In this document: piece by piece, positions 9,661 to 21,074 of the stretch
How positions within the stretch are numbered: the first letter of the stretch is position 1
Layout of the letters: every line of letters begins with the position of its first letter
Source: Pseudomonadota bacterium
GTDB taxonomy: Bacteria > Pseudomonadota > Alphaproteobacteria > G022571365
Length of the DNA stretch: 64,000 nt
Direction of reading: 5' to 3'
NCBI GenBank assembly: GCA_022571365.1
Contig: JACZXZ010000008.1
Coordinates: forward strand, 2,262-66,261
Notes under the pieces: model-generated
What the model saw: only the letters and a program-made list of their open reading frames with translations
The model's database searches: none
What the model was told of the DNA's origin: nothing
Translations under genes and position numbers: made by a program

Positions 9661-9940
9661 TGTCGGGGGACGGCACGGACCCCGGCGGCTCGGGCGGCTC
9701 GGGCGGCTTGCGCTTGCGCCGGATGATGATGTCGCCGTCTTCCGTGATCTCGGGCGCCTCGTATTGCGGGATGGACTGGAGCAGCGCCTCGAGGGCGCGC
9801 AACAACTGCTCGAATCCCTCGCGCGCCAGCTCCTCCGCGCGCTCCCGATCGCCTGTGCCGGGGTCCGCCGCCTGGGCCGGGACCGGCCCGGCGACGGCCA
9901 GGGCGGCTATCAGGATCCAGATGGCGAGACCGTGCCGCAT
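9647..9940 (-). CDS. Small secreted hypothetical protein
   Basis: The ATG at 9940 is preceded by AGGAAG. Signal peptide MRHGLAIWILIAALAVAGPVPAQA, a charged helical region, then a proline-rich C-terminus. No recognisable family. Confidence 0.5.
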   Translation of the reverse strand: MRHGLAIWILIAALAVAGPVPAQAADPGTGDRERAEELAREGFEQLLRALEALLQSIPQYEAPEITEDGDIIIRRKRKPPEPPEPPGSVPSPDTEST

Positions 9941-10082
9941 GTCTCTTCCTTCGCGTGCCGGTGCCGGGGCCATGTGGCCCCCGTCGGTCAACGCGGGCTG
10001 GTAAACATCTATATAGCAAGCCGAGCCATGGAAGGGCCCGGGTTGCGCGCCGCGGCATCGGGCGGCACGCTTTGCGCGGGTC

Positions 10083-11156
10083 TCACCGCTTGACTGCGGG
10101 CGTGCGGGCGGCCCCGAGCTCGTGGGTGACCCACAGCGCGGCCGTGAACAGGATCAACGCGCCGGCCTGATGGGCGGCGGCCAGCGGCACCGGCACGATC
10201 AGCAGCAGCGTCCAGATGCCGAGCGAGAGTTGTACGGCCGTGGCCGCAAGCAATGCGTGGACGGCGAATCGGGCCCTGGGCGCCAGCGCGGCGCTACGGG
10301 CCCGCACCCAGAACGCGACCACCGCCAGCGCGGCGGCGAGCGCCAGCACACGGTGGTCGAACTGGACCGTGGCGATGTTTTCGAAAAAGTTCCGGGGCTC
10401 CAGCTCGAGCACGTCCGCCGGGATCAGCCGCCCGTCCATCAGGGGAAAGGTGTTGTAGGCGAGGCCGGCGTCGAGCCCGGCGACGAATCCGCCCGAGAGC
10501 ACGGTGATGAACACCAGTCCCGTGAACCCCGCGGCGAAGCGCCGCAAGGGGCGATGGGCCGCGCTCACCCCGCCTTCTCGCGCCGGAAAAATGAGCCCCA
10601 GTGCGACCCACAGGGTGTAGCCGTAGATCAGGAACGCGGCGCCCAGATGGCCGGTCAGCCGGTACGGGCTGACATCGGGGTCATCGGCGAGGCCGCTCTC
10701 GACCAGGTACCAGCCCAACAGGCCCTGGAGCCCGCCCAGGACAAAGATGACGATGAGCTTCGCCTTCAGCGTCCCGGCCAGCCGGCCGCGGATCAGGAAG
10801 TAGACGAAGGGGACGAGAAAGGTGAGCGCGATGGCGCGGCCCCACATGCGGTGGGCGTATTCCATCCAGAAGATCGATTTGAATTCCATGAGCGTCATGG
10901 CGTCGTTGAGCTGTTGATACTCGGGATGCTGTTGGTATTTGGCGAAGACCGTCTGCCACTGGGTCTCACTCAAGGGTGGAAGCACGCCCATCAGCGGCCG
11001 CCATTCGACCATCGAAAGCCCGGCGTGGGTGAGCCGTGTGACGCCGCCCAATACCACCATGGCGAAGATCATGGCGCAGCACAGCAAGAGCCAGGCGGCG
11101 ATCGGCCAGTCCCGGGCCGGCGGGCTCGTCTCCGAGATGGCGAGGGGTTGAACCAT
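10083..11156 (-). CDS. ctaA: Heme A synthase (COX15/CtaA)
   Basis: Multiple TM segments with conserved His pairs (GGVTRLTHAGLSMVEWRP, HRMWGR). The start is uncertain: 11156 or 11195. Confidence 0.8.
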   Translation of the reverse strand: MVQPLAISETSPPARDWPIAAWLLLCCAMIFAMVVLGGVTRLTHAGLSMVEWRPLMGVLPPLSETQWQTVFAKYQQHPEYQQLNDAMTLMEFKSIFWMEYAHRMWGRAIALTFLVPFVYFLIRGRLAGTLKAKLIVIFVLGGLQGLLGWYLVESGLADDPDVSPYRLTGHLGAAFLIYGYTLWVALGLIFPAREGGVSAAHRPLRRFAAGFTGLVFITVLSGGFVAGLDAGLAYNTFPLMDGRLIPADVLELEPRNFFENIATVQFDHRVLALAAALAVVAFWVRARSAALAPRARFAVHALLAATAVQLSLGIWTLLLIVPVPLAAAHQAGALILFTAALWVTHELGAARTPAVKR

Positions 11157-11483
11157 GGCTTCCCCGGCGGCGTCTTGGCTTAAAGAAGCGAGCATAGAAG
11201 TGACGCCTCTCGCGCCAACAGGCAAGAGCCAATGGGCAAAGCCCAAGACGCTTGACCCCCCTGGTTCCGAGGCGGCCCGAGCCCCGCCGGATGGTTGTCC
11301 GGCTGCCTCACATCCCCTGAGCGGCGGAAGGTCTCGGATCACGGCGCCGTTCGTATAAAACACAGGATTTTTTTGTTATAAGTGACAATTTACATTTTTA
11401 ATCTTGATCTTTTCAAAAAATACACGACAATTACGCGATAAGGCGAATTCTACACGTTTAAAAGGTGCTTTAGCGGGCGCGCC

Positions 11484-13196
11484 ATGCCGGACACCCAGAA
11501 GCTCTCCAAGGTCGAAGCCATAAAGGAAGGCAGCCGTTATCTCCGCGGCACGATCGTCGCGGATATGGCCAACGAGTCCACCCCCTTTCCGGAGGCGGAT
11601 TACCAGGTTCTGAAATTCCACGGCACCTACCAGCAATACGACCGGGACACGGCGACGGAGCGCAAGCAGCGCGGGCTCCAGAAAGAGTATCAGTGCATGG
11701 TCCGCGTGAAGATTCCCGGAGGACGGCTGACCGCCGACCAGTACCTGGCCGTGGATGCGCTGGTCGGCCGATACGCCAATGGCAGCCTGAGGATCACCAC
11801 CCGGCAGGGCTTCCAGCTTTACGGTGTCATCAAGGCCGACCTCAAGGCCACCATCGCCGACATCAACGCCACGCTGCTTACCACTCTGGGCGCCTGCGGC
11901 GATGTGGTCCGCAATTTGACCACCAACCCGGCTCCGATTCGCGATGCCGTTCACACGCGGCTGGAAGAGGACGCCCGCATGCTGGCCAGGGAACTCGCGC
12001 CCCGCACGCGGGCCTACCATGAGATCTGGATCGATGGCGAGAAGGTGGACACCGGCGAGGAGGACCATGAGCCCCTGTACGGCAGCACCTATCTTCCCCG
12101 CAAGTTCAAGATCGGCCTGTCGACGCCGGACGACAACGCGATCGACGTTTTGACCCACGATATCGGCATCATCGCGCTGTTCGAGGGCGAGCGGCTCACC
12201 GGCTACAACCTCGCTTTGGGCGGCGGATTCGGCATGACTCACAACAAGCCGAAGACCTATCCCCGGCTCGCCACGCCCATTGTGTTCGTCGAGCCCGATG
12301 ACCTGCTCCGAGCGGTGAAGGCCGTTATTGAATTACAGCGCGACCACGGTGACCGTTCCGACCGCAGGCACGCGCGACTCAAATATCTGGTCGACGACAA
12401 GGGGGTCGCCTGGATCAAGACGACGTTGGAGGACTATTTCGGGGCGCCGCTCGCGGATCCGCGTCCCATGGGCGAATTCAAGGTCGTGGATCACATGGGA
12501 TGGCACGCCCAGGGTGACGGCTTGTGGTATCTGGGTGTTCCGGTCTCCAGCGGCCGCATCGTCGACCGCAACGGCAGCAAGTTGCGCACCGCCCTGCGCA
12601 AGGTGTTCGAATCGCACCGGACCGATCCCATCCTGACCCCCAACCAGGACATCATTCTGAGCGACATTGCGCCGGATGACCGAGCTCCGATTGAGGCCCT
12701 TTTGCGCGACCACGGTGTTCCGTTCGCCGAGGACTGGTCGCCGGTCAAGCGGTGGGCCCTCGCCTGTCCGGCCCTGCCGACCTGCGGCCTGGCGTTGACC
12801 GAGGCCGAACGGGTCAAAGACTCGCTGATATCGGATATCGAACAGGCCCTTGCCCGCCACGGGCTGGCCGACGAACTCCTGAGCGTCCGGATCACCGGCT
12901 GCCCGAACGGCTGCGCCCGTCCTCATAACGGGGACATCGGCCTGGTCGGCCGCATGCCTGGCTACTACGTCCTTTATGTCGGCGGCGACTTCGCCGGCAC
13001 CCGGCTCAATACCAAGCTGTTGGACAAGGTCGCGCTCAAAGACATCGTCCCGACGCTGGAGCCCCTGTTCGCCTTCTTCGCCCGGGAGCGAAAGCCGGGA
13101 GAGGCCTTTGGCGACTTCTGCCACCGGCATGACCCGGAGGTGCTGCGCCAAGAGATCGAGCGGGCCGCGGCCCCCTCTGTGGCCGAGGTGGTGTGA
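11484..13196 (+). CDS. cysI: Assimilatory sulfite reductase hemoprotein (siroheme/Fe-S)
   Basis: 570 aa with the nitrite/sulfite reductase ferredoxin-like half-domains and Cys cluster (ACPALPTCGLA...TGCPNGCARP). An AT-rich promoter-like region lies upstream. No cysJ is adjacent. Confidence 0.85.
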   Translation: MPDTQKLSKVEAIKEGSRYLRGTIVADMANESTPFPEADYQVLKFHGTYQQYDRDTATERKQRGLQKEYQCMVRVKIPGGRLTADQYLAVDALVGRYANGSLRITTRQGFQLYGVIKADLKATIADINATLLTTLGACGDVVRNLTTNPAPIRDAVHTRLEEDARMLARELAPRTRAYHEIWIDGEKVDTGEEDHEPLYGSTYLPRKFKIGLSTPDDNAIDVLTHDIGIIALFEGERLTGYNLALGGGFGMTHNKPKTYPRLATPIVFVEPDDLLRAVKAVIELQRDHGDRSDRRHARLKYLVDDKGVAWIKTTLEDYFGAPLADPRPMGEFKVVDHMGWHAQGDGLWYLGVPVSSGRIVDRNGSKLRTALRKVFESHRTDPILTPNQDIILSDIAPDDRAPIEALLRDHGVPFAEDWSPVKRWALACPALPTCGLALTEAERVKDSLISDIEQALARHGLADELLSVRITGCPNGCARPHNGDIGLVGRMPGYYVLYVGGDFAGTRLNTKLLDKVALKDIVPTLEPLFAFFARERKPGEAFGDFCHRHDPEVLRQEIERAAAPSVAEVV

Positions 13197-13756
13197 TGTA
13201 TCCGATCACGCTCGACATCACTCGGCTGAAGATTGTGCTTGCCGGCGACGGCAGCGCCGCCGTCCGGCGTCTCGCCGGGTTGGATGCGGCCGGCGCGGGC
13301 GATGTCGTGGTGTTTGCGGAGCGGCTGGACGCCGCGCTGGTCGAGGCCGCGGGTTCCCGCCTGGTCCGGCGTCTGCCCACCGGCCAGGATTTTGTCGGGG
13401 TAAGCCTGCTCCTGGTCGCCGGGCTCGAGGAAGCCGCCGCCGCGCCGCTCGTTGCCATGGCCCGCGCCTTGGGCGTCCTGGTCAATGTGGAGGACCGCAA
13501 GCCGTGGTGTGACTTCCACGTGCCTTCGATCGTACGCCGCGGCGACTTGCAGATCGCGATCTCGACCTCGGGCCGCAGTCCCGGCCTGGCGCGTCGGCTT
13601 CGGCGTTTCCTCGAGTCCCTGTTCGTGCCCGGATGGGCGTCGCACCTCGACGAGCTCGCGGCCCGGCGGGAGCAATGGCGCGCGGAAGGCGCGGATCCCG
13701 CGGCCGTCAGCCGCCTGACCGACGATCTGATCGACCGGCGGGGCTGGCTCCGATGA
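13193..13756 (+). CDS. Siroheme synthase N-terminal-type protein (precorrin-2 dehydrogenase / sirohydrochlorin ferrochelatase)
   Basis: 187 aa. KIVLAGDGSAAVRRL is an NAD-binding motif and VNVEDRKPWCDFHVPSIVRRGDLQIAISTSGRSPGLARRLR resembles the CysG N-terminal domain. It lacks the methyltransferase domain. It overlaps both cysI and cysH. Confidence 0.7.
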   Translation: MMYPITLDITRLKIVLAGDGSAAVRRLAGLDAAGAGDVVVFAERLDAALVEAAGSRLVRRLPTGQDFVGVSLLLVAGLEEAAAAPLVAMARALGVLVNVEDRKPWCDFHVPSIVRRGDLQIAISTSGRSPGLARRLRRFLESLFVPGWASHLDELAARREQWRAEGADPAAVSRLTDDLIDRRGWLR

Positions 13757-14484
13757 CCGGGGGTGACAACCGTTCGGTCCGGGCCCGGGCCCGGGCCCGG
13801 CACCGGGCGCTTAGCCGCGCCTACGGTCACCTCGACGGCCTCGAGCTGTTGCGGGTCATGATCGAGGATGAATTTCCGGGGCGCATTGCGCTGGTTTCTT
13901 CCTTCGGGGCGGAGGCGGCGGTCCTGCTCGACCTGGTCGCCCAGGTGAATCCGGCGACGCCGGTCGTTTTCCTTGACACCGGCAAGCTGTTTCCCGAAAC
14001 CCTCGCCTACCGGCGCCGGTTGACAGCGCATCTCGGCCTTACCAACTTGCATACCATCCAGCCCGATGTTCAGGAGCTTGCGGGGCGAGACTCGGACGGC
14101 AGCCTATGGCGGCGGAACCCCAATTCCTGCTGTTACCTGCGCAAGGTCCTGCCGCTGGAGCGCGCGCTCGCCGGCTTCGAGGCGTGGATCAGCGGCCGCA
14201 AGCGTTTCCACGGCGCCAACCGCTCCGGGATCGAGACCATCGAGGCCGTCGACGGACGGATCAAGGTCGACCCGTTGGCCCAGTGGTCGAGGGAGGATGT
14301 GGAGATGGCTTTCGTGACCCGCAACCTGCCGCGCCATCCGTTGGTGGATGAGGGATACCTGTCGATCGGATGCCAGCCCTGCACCACCCGGATTGGGTCC
14401 GAGGCGGACCTGCGCGCCGGGCGCTGGGAGGGTAGCGAGAAGACCGAGTGCGGCATTCACAAGGCGGGATGGTCCGGGGCATGA
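13753..14484 (+). CDS. cysH: Phosphoadenosine phosphosulfate (PAPS/APS) reductase
   Basis: PAPS reductase fold with the C-terminal CQPCT/ECGIH motifs. The start overlaps the previous stop (ATGA). Confidence 0.85.
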   Translation: MTGGDNRSVRARARARHRALSRAYGHLDGLELLRVMIEDEFPGRIALVSSFGAEAAVLLDLVAQVNPATPVVFLDTGKLFPETLAYRRRLTAHLGLTNLHTIQPDVQELAGRDSDGSLWRRNPNSCCYLRKVLPLERALAGFEAWISGRKRFHGANRSGIETIEAVDGRIKVDPLAQWSREDVEMAFVTRNLPRHPLVDEGYLSIGCQPCTTRIGSEADLRAGRWEGSEKTECGIHKAGWSGA

Positions 14485-15281
14485 GTGACCTCGGCGCGCT
14501 GGAAAGCCAGAGCATCTACATTCTGCGCGAGGCCTACAACAAGATCGACAAGCTGGGCATGCTGTGGTCGGTCGGCAAGGACTCGAACGCGTTGTTGTGG
14601 CTGGTGCGCAAGGCGTTCTTCGGCCGCGTGCCGTTTCCGGTCATCCACATCGACACCTCCTACAAGATGCCTGAGATGATCGCCTTCCGCGACCGGTTCG
14701 CCAAGGAGTGGGGCCTCGACCTTATCGTCGGCCAGAACACCGAGGCGCTCGGCCAAGGCATGAACCACACACGGGGACGGGTGGTCTGTTGCACGGCGCT
14801 CAAGACCGACGGACTCAAGGCCATCGTCGAAGAGCACGGCTTTACCGGCATCATCGCCGGCATCCGCCGCGACGAGGAGGGCACCCGCGCCAAGGAACGG
14901 GTGTTCAGCCCCCGGGGCGAGAACGCGGAGTGGGATTTCCGGGATCAGCCGCCGGAGCTGTGGGATCAGTTCAAGACCGAGTTCCCGCCGGGCACCCATG
15001 TGCGCATCCATCCGCTCCTGCATTGGACCGAGATCGATGTCTGGCGCTACATCCGGTGTGAGAACATCCCGGTCGTGGACCTCTATTTCGCGCGCAACGG
15101 CAAACGCTACCGGTCCCTGGGTTGCGCGCCCTGCACCTTCCCGATCGAGAGCTCGGCCTCGACCGTGGACGAGATCATCGCCGAGCTCGAGAACAGCCGG
15201 GTTCCGGAGCGCTCGGGCCGCGCCCAGGACCACGAGGCCGAGGACGCCTTCGAACGCCTGCGCGTCGACGGTTACATGTAA
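14481..15281 (+). CDS. cysD: Sulfate adenylyltransferase subunit 2
   Basis: The PP-loop SVGKDS and strong CysD similarity throughout. Overlaps the cysH stop. No cysN follows it. Confidence 0.9.
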   Translation: MSDLGALESQSIYILREAYNKIDKLGMLWSVGKDSNALLWLVRKAFFGRVPFPVIHIDTSYKMPEMIAFRDRFAKEWGLDLIVGQNTEALGQGMNHTRGRVVCCTALKTDGLKAIVEEHGFTGIIAGIRRDEEGTRAKERVFSPRGENAEWDFRDQPPELWDQFKTEFPPGTHVRIHPLLHWTEIDVWRYIRCENIPVVDLYFARNGKRYRSLGCAPCTFPIESSASTVDEIIAELENSRVPERSGRAQDHEAEDAFERLRVDGYM

Positions 15282-15842
15282 GGGTTCTCAAGGGTTTTAA
15301 GGGCGCGCCCGCCGATCGCCAAGGGCGAAGGCCGGGGTATGCCGCGTTTTATACGCGCTGGCCACACATCCTGTTTGCGCGAGTGGGCAAAGCCGCTTCC
15401 AAGCTCGGCGGGCCGGGTCAAACGGCGCGCTCGACTCGGCCGATCCTGCCTGTGTTTTCCAGCCGGACGGTCAGACGCCGGAGCGCTTCTTCACCCTGGC
15501 CATGTAGGCGGCTGCGGCCGCAAGCGCCAGCCGGCGCGGCATGATCCGGCCAATCCAAGTCGTGAAGCGGGCCGTGGGCCCGACCACATGGACGTGCCGG
15601 CGTCCCAGGGCGGCCAGCGCTTCGTCGTCGGCGCCCGGAGCGGTTGCCGTGTCCGCTTGGTGGTTGGAGACGCGGCGTTTCTCGGGCCCGGGTTGTTTGA
15701 CAGGCGGGCGGGCGAGACGGGCTGTTGATAAAACCGCACCGCTGTGATTGGTTCTCGCGGCACACTCGCGTTAAGGAAGGGTGGCGGACGCCGCCGCCTG
15801 TTCTTATGCCAGCTTTCTTTGCCAAGGCCGGACGTGCCCGCC

Positions 15843-17045
15843 ATGGTCAACTTTCGAACCCTTGACGATCTTGATGTTGCGGGCCGGCGCGTGCTGGTGC
15901 GCGGCGATCTCAACCTGCCGATGAAGGATGGCAGGGTGGCCGACACCACGCGTATCGACCGGCACGCGCCGACGCTCGTGGAGCTCGCGGACAGGGGTGC
16001 CCGCGTCATCGTGCTGTCCCATTTCGGACGGCCCAAGGGCAGGGTCGTCCCGGCGCTGTCGCTGCGTCCCGTGGTGGCGCCCTTGAGCGCGGCGCTCGGA
16101 GGCCGCCCGGTCGCCTTCGCCGAGGACTGCGTCGGGCCCGCCGCGGAGCGGATCGCGGCCGGCCTCGGACAAGGCCACATCGCCCTCTTGGAGAACCTCC
16201 GCTTCCACCCCGGCGAGGAGGCCAATGACCCGGACTTCGCCGGGAAGCTCGCAAGCCTTGGCGAGATCTACGTGGACGACGCGTTTTCCTGCGCCCACCG
16301 CGCCCACGCCTCGGTCGAGGCCATCGCCCGTCTGTTGCCCGCCGCGGCGGGCCGTCTCATGCAGGCGGAGATCGAGGCCCTTGAGCGGGCGCTCGAGACA
16401 CCCGAGCGGCCGGTCGCGGCGCTCGTCGGTGGGGCCAAGGTGTCGACCAAGCTCGGCCTCTTGGGCGCCCTGGTCGAGAAGGTCGAGCTGCTGGTGATCG
16501 GCGGCGCCATGGCGAACACTTTTCTTCATGCCCTGGGCACGGAGGTCGGGCGGTCGCTGTGCGAGCGGGGCATGGCGGAAAAGGCGCGCGGCATCGTCGC
16601 CCGCGCCGAGGCCTCGGGCTGCACTCTCATGCTGCCTGGCGATGCCGTCGTCGCTTCCGAGCTCAAGGCCGGGGCGGCGAGCCGGACGGTGCCGCTGACC
16701 GCGGTACCCGCCGACGCCATGATCCTCGATATCGGCCCCAAGACCGCCGCCGAGGTGGCGGCGCGGCTCGAGGACTGCCGCACCCTGGTGTGGAACGGCC
16801 CCCTCGGCGCCTTCGAGACATCGCCGTTCGATGCCGGCACGACGGCGGTCGCCAAGGCCGTGGCCCGGCGGACCAAGGCCGGACGGCTGCTGTCCGTCGC
16901 CGGCGGCGGCGACACCGTGGCGGCGCTCGTCCATGCCGGGGTGGCCGACGACTTCAGCTATGTCTCGACCGCCGGCGGCGCCTTCCTCGCGTGGCTCGAA
17001 GGCAGGGAGCTGCCCGGCGTCGCGGCGCTGAGGGCGGCGCGGTGA
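15843..17045 (+). CDS. pgk: Phosphoglycerate kinase
   Basis: N-terminal [12 protein letters not shown], plus HFGRPKG and the hinge motifs, typical of Pgk. Confidence 0.9.
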   Translation: MVNFRTLDDLDVAGRRVLVRGDLNLPMKDGRVADTTRIDRHAPTLVELADRGARVIVLSHFGRPKGRVVPALSLRPVVAPLSAALGGRPVAFAEDCVGPAAERIAAGLGQGHIALLENLRFHPGEEANDPDFAGKLASLGEIYVDDAFSCAHRAHASVEAIARLLPAAAGRLMQAEIEALERALETPERPVAALVGGAKVSTKLGLLGALVEKVELLVIGGAMANTFLHALGTEVGRSLCERGMAEKARGIVARAEASGCTLMLPGDAVVASELKAGAASRTVPLTAVPADAMILDIGPKTAAEVAARLEDCRTLVWNGPLGAFETSPFDAGTTAVAKAVARRTKAGRLLSVAGGGDTVAALVHAGVADDFSYVSTAGGAFLAWLEGRELPGVAALRAAR

Positions 17046-17156
17046 ACGGATTTCCGGGGACCGGCCGGAGGCCGCCGCCAGGACCGCCGCATGGTAGCCG
17101 CCGCTCTGGACGGATTGCCACACAGCCCTGCGGGAGGAAACCTACCCCGCGCGGGT

Positions 17157-17903
17157 CTAGATGCGCTGGCCGCCCGGCAACGTCGTGAACCGCACCGGCA
17201 GAATACGCGTTTTCTTCACCCGTCCATCCGCCAGTTTCTCCACGAGGGTGAGTTGCTGCACGGCCAAGGGCGGACCGACGGGAATGACCAGCCTGCCGCC
17301 GGGCTTGAGCTGGTTGATGAGCGGTGGTGGTATGTGGTCCACCGCTTGGCGCATGATGACGGCGTCGAAGGGACCGCGGGCCTGCCAGCCAAAATAGCCA
17401 TCACCGACCCGCGTCTCGATGTTGTCATAGTCGAGACGAACGAGCCTTTCCATCGCCGTCTCCGCGACCGGTTCGATAAGTTCCACGATGTAGACGGTGT
17501 GCGCCAGCTCCGCCAGGACCGCCGCATGGTAGCCGCCGCCGATGCCGATCTCCAGGACCTTGTCGTCCGGGCCGATCCGGGCAAGATCGGTCATCAAGGC
17601 GACGATGTAGGGTTGGGAGACGGTCTGGCCGTGGCCGATGGGGAGCGGCTGGTTTAGGTAGGCGAGCGGTTCCAGCTTCTCGGGCACGAAGGCATGGCGG
17701 GGCACCTTGCCCATCACCTCCATGACCCGTGCGTCCAGGGTCTCCTTGCCGGTCACTGAGCTGGTGAGGCGCGCGTCGGCCTCGATTTCGGCCACCATAT
17801 ACTGGCGCAGGGCGGCGAAGTCGGCTTCGCTGCCGGACTCAGCCGGTCCGGCGAGCAGAACCAACATCACCGTCAAAAGGCAGGATCGTGTGGCGGTTGC
17901 CAT
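17157..17903 (-). CDS. pcm: Protein-L-isoaspartate O-methyltransferase (with signal peptide)
   Basis: 248 aa with the SAM-binding motifs VLEIGIGGGYHAAVLAE and GGRLVIPVG. The rest of the 949-aa reported ORF is antisense to the downstream plus-strand gene. Confidence 0.85.
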   Translation of the reverse strand: MATATRSCLLTVMLVLLAGPAESGSEADFAALRQYMVAEIEADARLTSSVTGKETLDARVMEVMGKVPRHAFVPEKLEPLAYLNQPLPIGHGQTVSQPYIVALMTDLARIGPDDKVLEIGIGGGYHAAVLAELAHTVYIVELIEPVAETAMERLVRLDYDNIETRVGDGYFGWQARGPFDAVIMRQAVDHIPPPLINQLKPGGRLVIPVGPPLAVQQLTLVEKLADGRVKKTRILPVRFTTLPGGQRI

Positions 17904-18104
17904 CGTCGTCACCTTCTCGATCCACGGTTTACGTCGAGTTCGGCCCTGAACGCAAGGACTCGCTCCAGAGGCGCTCCCGGCGGCGCCCCGCGGGACCGGC
18001 TCCGCCACGGCTGCGTCCCTCCCGTACCGCCCGGAATTTGGCGCGTCGGGGGCTTGGTGGTATCTATCCACTCGGCTCGCGCAGTTTTCCGTGGCGGGAA
18101 AGGG

Positions 18105-19331
18105 ATGACAAGAGGGCTCGCTTGGACCTTGGCCGCGCTGGCGGCGGTGCTCGTCGCTGCGGCGGCCGGCGTCGATCGGGCATCGGGTCAGCGCTTCGAA
18201 GTCGGCGCCGCCGACATGCCGCCGCCCTATGCCACGCCGAGCGCAACCAACCCGCCGCGACGGGTGTCGCGCCCGGCGGATGCGACGCTGATCTTGCCGG
18301 CGGGATTCACGGCCAACGTCTACGCCGAGGGGCTCAGCCACGCGCGCTGGATGGCGGTGGCCCCGAACGGCGACGTGTTCCTCGCCGAGCCGCGGGCCGG
18401 CGAGGTGACGCTTTTGCGCGACGCGGACGGCGACGGCCGCGCCGACTTCAAGACCACCTTCGCCAAGGGATTCAGTCAGCCCCACGGGCTCGCATTCCAC
18501 GGCGGCTATCTCTACGTCGCCGACACCAGGCGGGTCTGGCGCCTGCCCTACCGTCCCGGCCAGACCACCGCTGGGGGTCGGCCCGAGCCGGTGACCGCGG
18601 CCGGGGCCTTGGGCGCGGGGTCGGGCCACTGGACCCGCAACATCGCGATCAGCCCGGACGGCCGGCGCCTCTACGTCGCCATCGGCTCGAGCGGCAATAT
18701 CGGCGAGGAGCCTGAGCCGCGCGCCACGGTGCAGGTGTTTGATCTCGAGGGCGGGGGGCAGGAAACTTTCGCCGCGGGCTTGCGCAATCCCGTGGGAATC
18801 GCGTTCTATCCCGGCACCGACGACCTCTACGTGGCGGTCAACGAGCGGGATGGCCTCGGCGACGATCTGGTGCCCGACTACCTGACCCGTCTCGAGCCCG
18901 GCGGGTTCTACGGCTGGCCCTATGCCTACATCGGCCCCAACCCTCAGCCGGGCTACGCCGACCGGCGGCCGGACCTGGTGGCCCGAACCATCGTGCCCGA
19001 CGTGCTTTTCCAGGCCCATTCCGCGCCGCTGGGCTTGGTCTTTTACGACGCCGACCAATTTCCGGCCGAATACCTGGGCGACGCCTTCGTCGCCTTCCGT
19101 GGCTCCTGGAACTCGGCCAGGCCCACCGGCTACAAGGTGGTCCGCGTGCCCTTCGAGGACGGCCGGCCGGTCGGCTATTACGAGGATTTCGCCACCGGCT
19201 TCTGGATCGCGGGCGCCGCCACGGCCGAGGTTTGGGGGCGGCCGGTCGGCCTCGCCATCGCCGCCGACGGCAGCCTGCTTGTCGCCGACGACGTCGGCCA
19301 GACGATCTGGCGCATCAGCTACCGCCGCTAG
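18105..19331 (+). CDS. PQQ-dependent soluble sugar (glucose/sorbosone) dehydrogenase family protein
   Basis: Signal peptide, then beta-propeller motifs (GLSHARWMAVAPNGDVFLAE, HGLAFHGGYLYVAD, YGWPY, GRPVGLAIAADGSLLVADD) typical of the YliI/Asd family. Confidence 0.75.
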   Translation: MTRGLAWTLAALAAVLVAAAAGVDRASGQRFEVGAADMPPPYATPSATNPPRRVSRPADATLILPAGFTANVYAEGLSHARWMAVAPNGDVFLAEPRAGEVTLLRDADGDGRADFKTTFAKGFSQPHGLAFHGGYLYVADTRRVWRLPYRPGQTTAGGRPEPVTAAGALGAGSGHWTRNIAISPDGRRLYVAIGSSGNIGEEPEPRATVQVFDLEGGGQETFAAGLRNPVGIAFYPGTDDLYVAVNERDGLGDDLVPDYLTRLEPGGFYGWPYAYIGPNPQPGYADRRPDLVARTIVPDVLFQAHSAPLGLVFYDADQFPAEYLGDAFVAFRGSWNSARPTGYKVVRVPFEDGRPVGYYEDFATGFWIAGAATAEVWGRPVGLAIAADGSLLVADDVGQTIWRISYRR

Positions 19332-19481
19332 CCGGCCGGCGGCTTGCACGCCGCCGCGCCGCGGCTGTTTGAACCTCCGATGGCGGGCGAAGGGCGGCGC
19401 CGGCCTCGGGCGATCCCGCGTGAACGGCGGGGTGATCGTTGCTTGCTTGTATTGCGGCCCGAGACAGGCCAGATTGGAGCC

Positions 19482-20024
19482 ATGAGCGCCAAGCCCGCAG
19501 CCGGCCCCTCCGTCCGCAAGATTCCCGAAGGCGACACCCATGAACGGCTGGTGTGCCCGGATTGCGGCTATATCCAATACGATAACCCGAAGGTCGTGGT
19601 CGGTGCCGTCTGCACCTGGGAGGACCGATTCCTCCTGTGCCGCCGGGACATCTATCCGCGCCGCGGCTTCTGGACCCTGCCGGCCGGTTATCTGGAGCTC
19701 AACGAGTCGCCCGCCGACGGCGCGGTGCGCGAGACTTGGGAGGAAGCCTGCGCCCGCATCGACATCGACGCGCTGCTCGCGATCTACCACATCCCGCGGA
19801 TCAGCCAGGTGCAGTTGATCTACCGGGCGCGCCTGGCGTCGGCGGATATCGCCTCCGGTCCGGAAACCCGGGAGGTCGGGCTGTTCGAGTGGGAACAGAT
19901 TCCCTGGGACGAGATCGCGTTTCCCACGGTTCGCTGGGCGCTCCGCCATCACCGCGAGGTCGGCAATGGAGCCGACTTCGCGGTTCGCTCGAACCCGCCG
20001 GGCCAAAGCTCCGATTACTCCTAG
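19482..20024 (+). CDS. NUDIX hydrolase with N-terminal zinc ribbon
   Basis: The CPDCGYIQYDNPKVV zinc ribbon is followed by a Nudix box (GFWTLPAGYLELNESPADGAVRETWEEA). Confidence 0.75.
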   Translation: MSAKPAAGPSVRKIPEGDTHERLVCPDCGYIQYDNPKVVVGAVCTWEDRFLLCRRDIYPRRGFWTLPAGYLELNESPADGAVRETWEEACARIDIDALLAIYHIPRISQVQLIYRARLASADIASGPETREVGLFEWEQIPWDEIAFPTVRWALRHHREVGNGADFAVRSNPPGQSSDYS

Positions 20025-20084
20025 TTATTTACTCCTAGTTATTCCTAGGCGCGGTCTCTGGCCGGCCCCGGCCTTTCGCTCGTC

Positions 20085-21070
<986 letters not shown>

Positions 21071-21074
<4 letters not shown>

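Noticed and set aside
12333-13151. A 272-aa minus-strand ORF inside cysI
   Set aside because: It is antisense to a well-supported sulfite reductase gene, gives a low-complexity translation, and has no motif support.
15282-15842. cysN or another gene between cysD and pgk
   Set aside because: No frame shows GTPase motifs (G1-G4) or other protein-like composition. Only a short unsupported minus-strand frame exists, so it is left unannotated and flagged as a possible remnant.
17157-20006. A 949-aa minus-strand ORF
   Set aside because: Only its last 248 codons (pcm, 17157-17903) look like protein. The remainder is an Arg/Gly/Pro-rich stop-free antisense frame over the well-supported plus-strand PQQ-dehydrogenase and NUDIX genes, an artefact typical of high-GC DNA.
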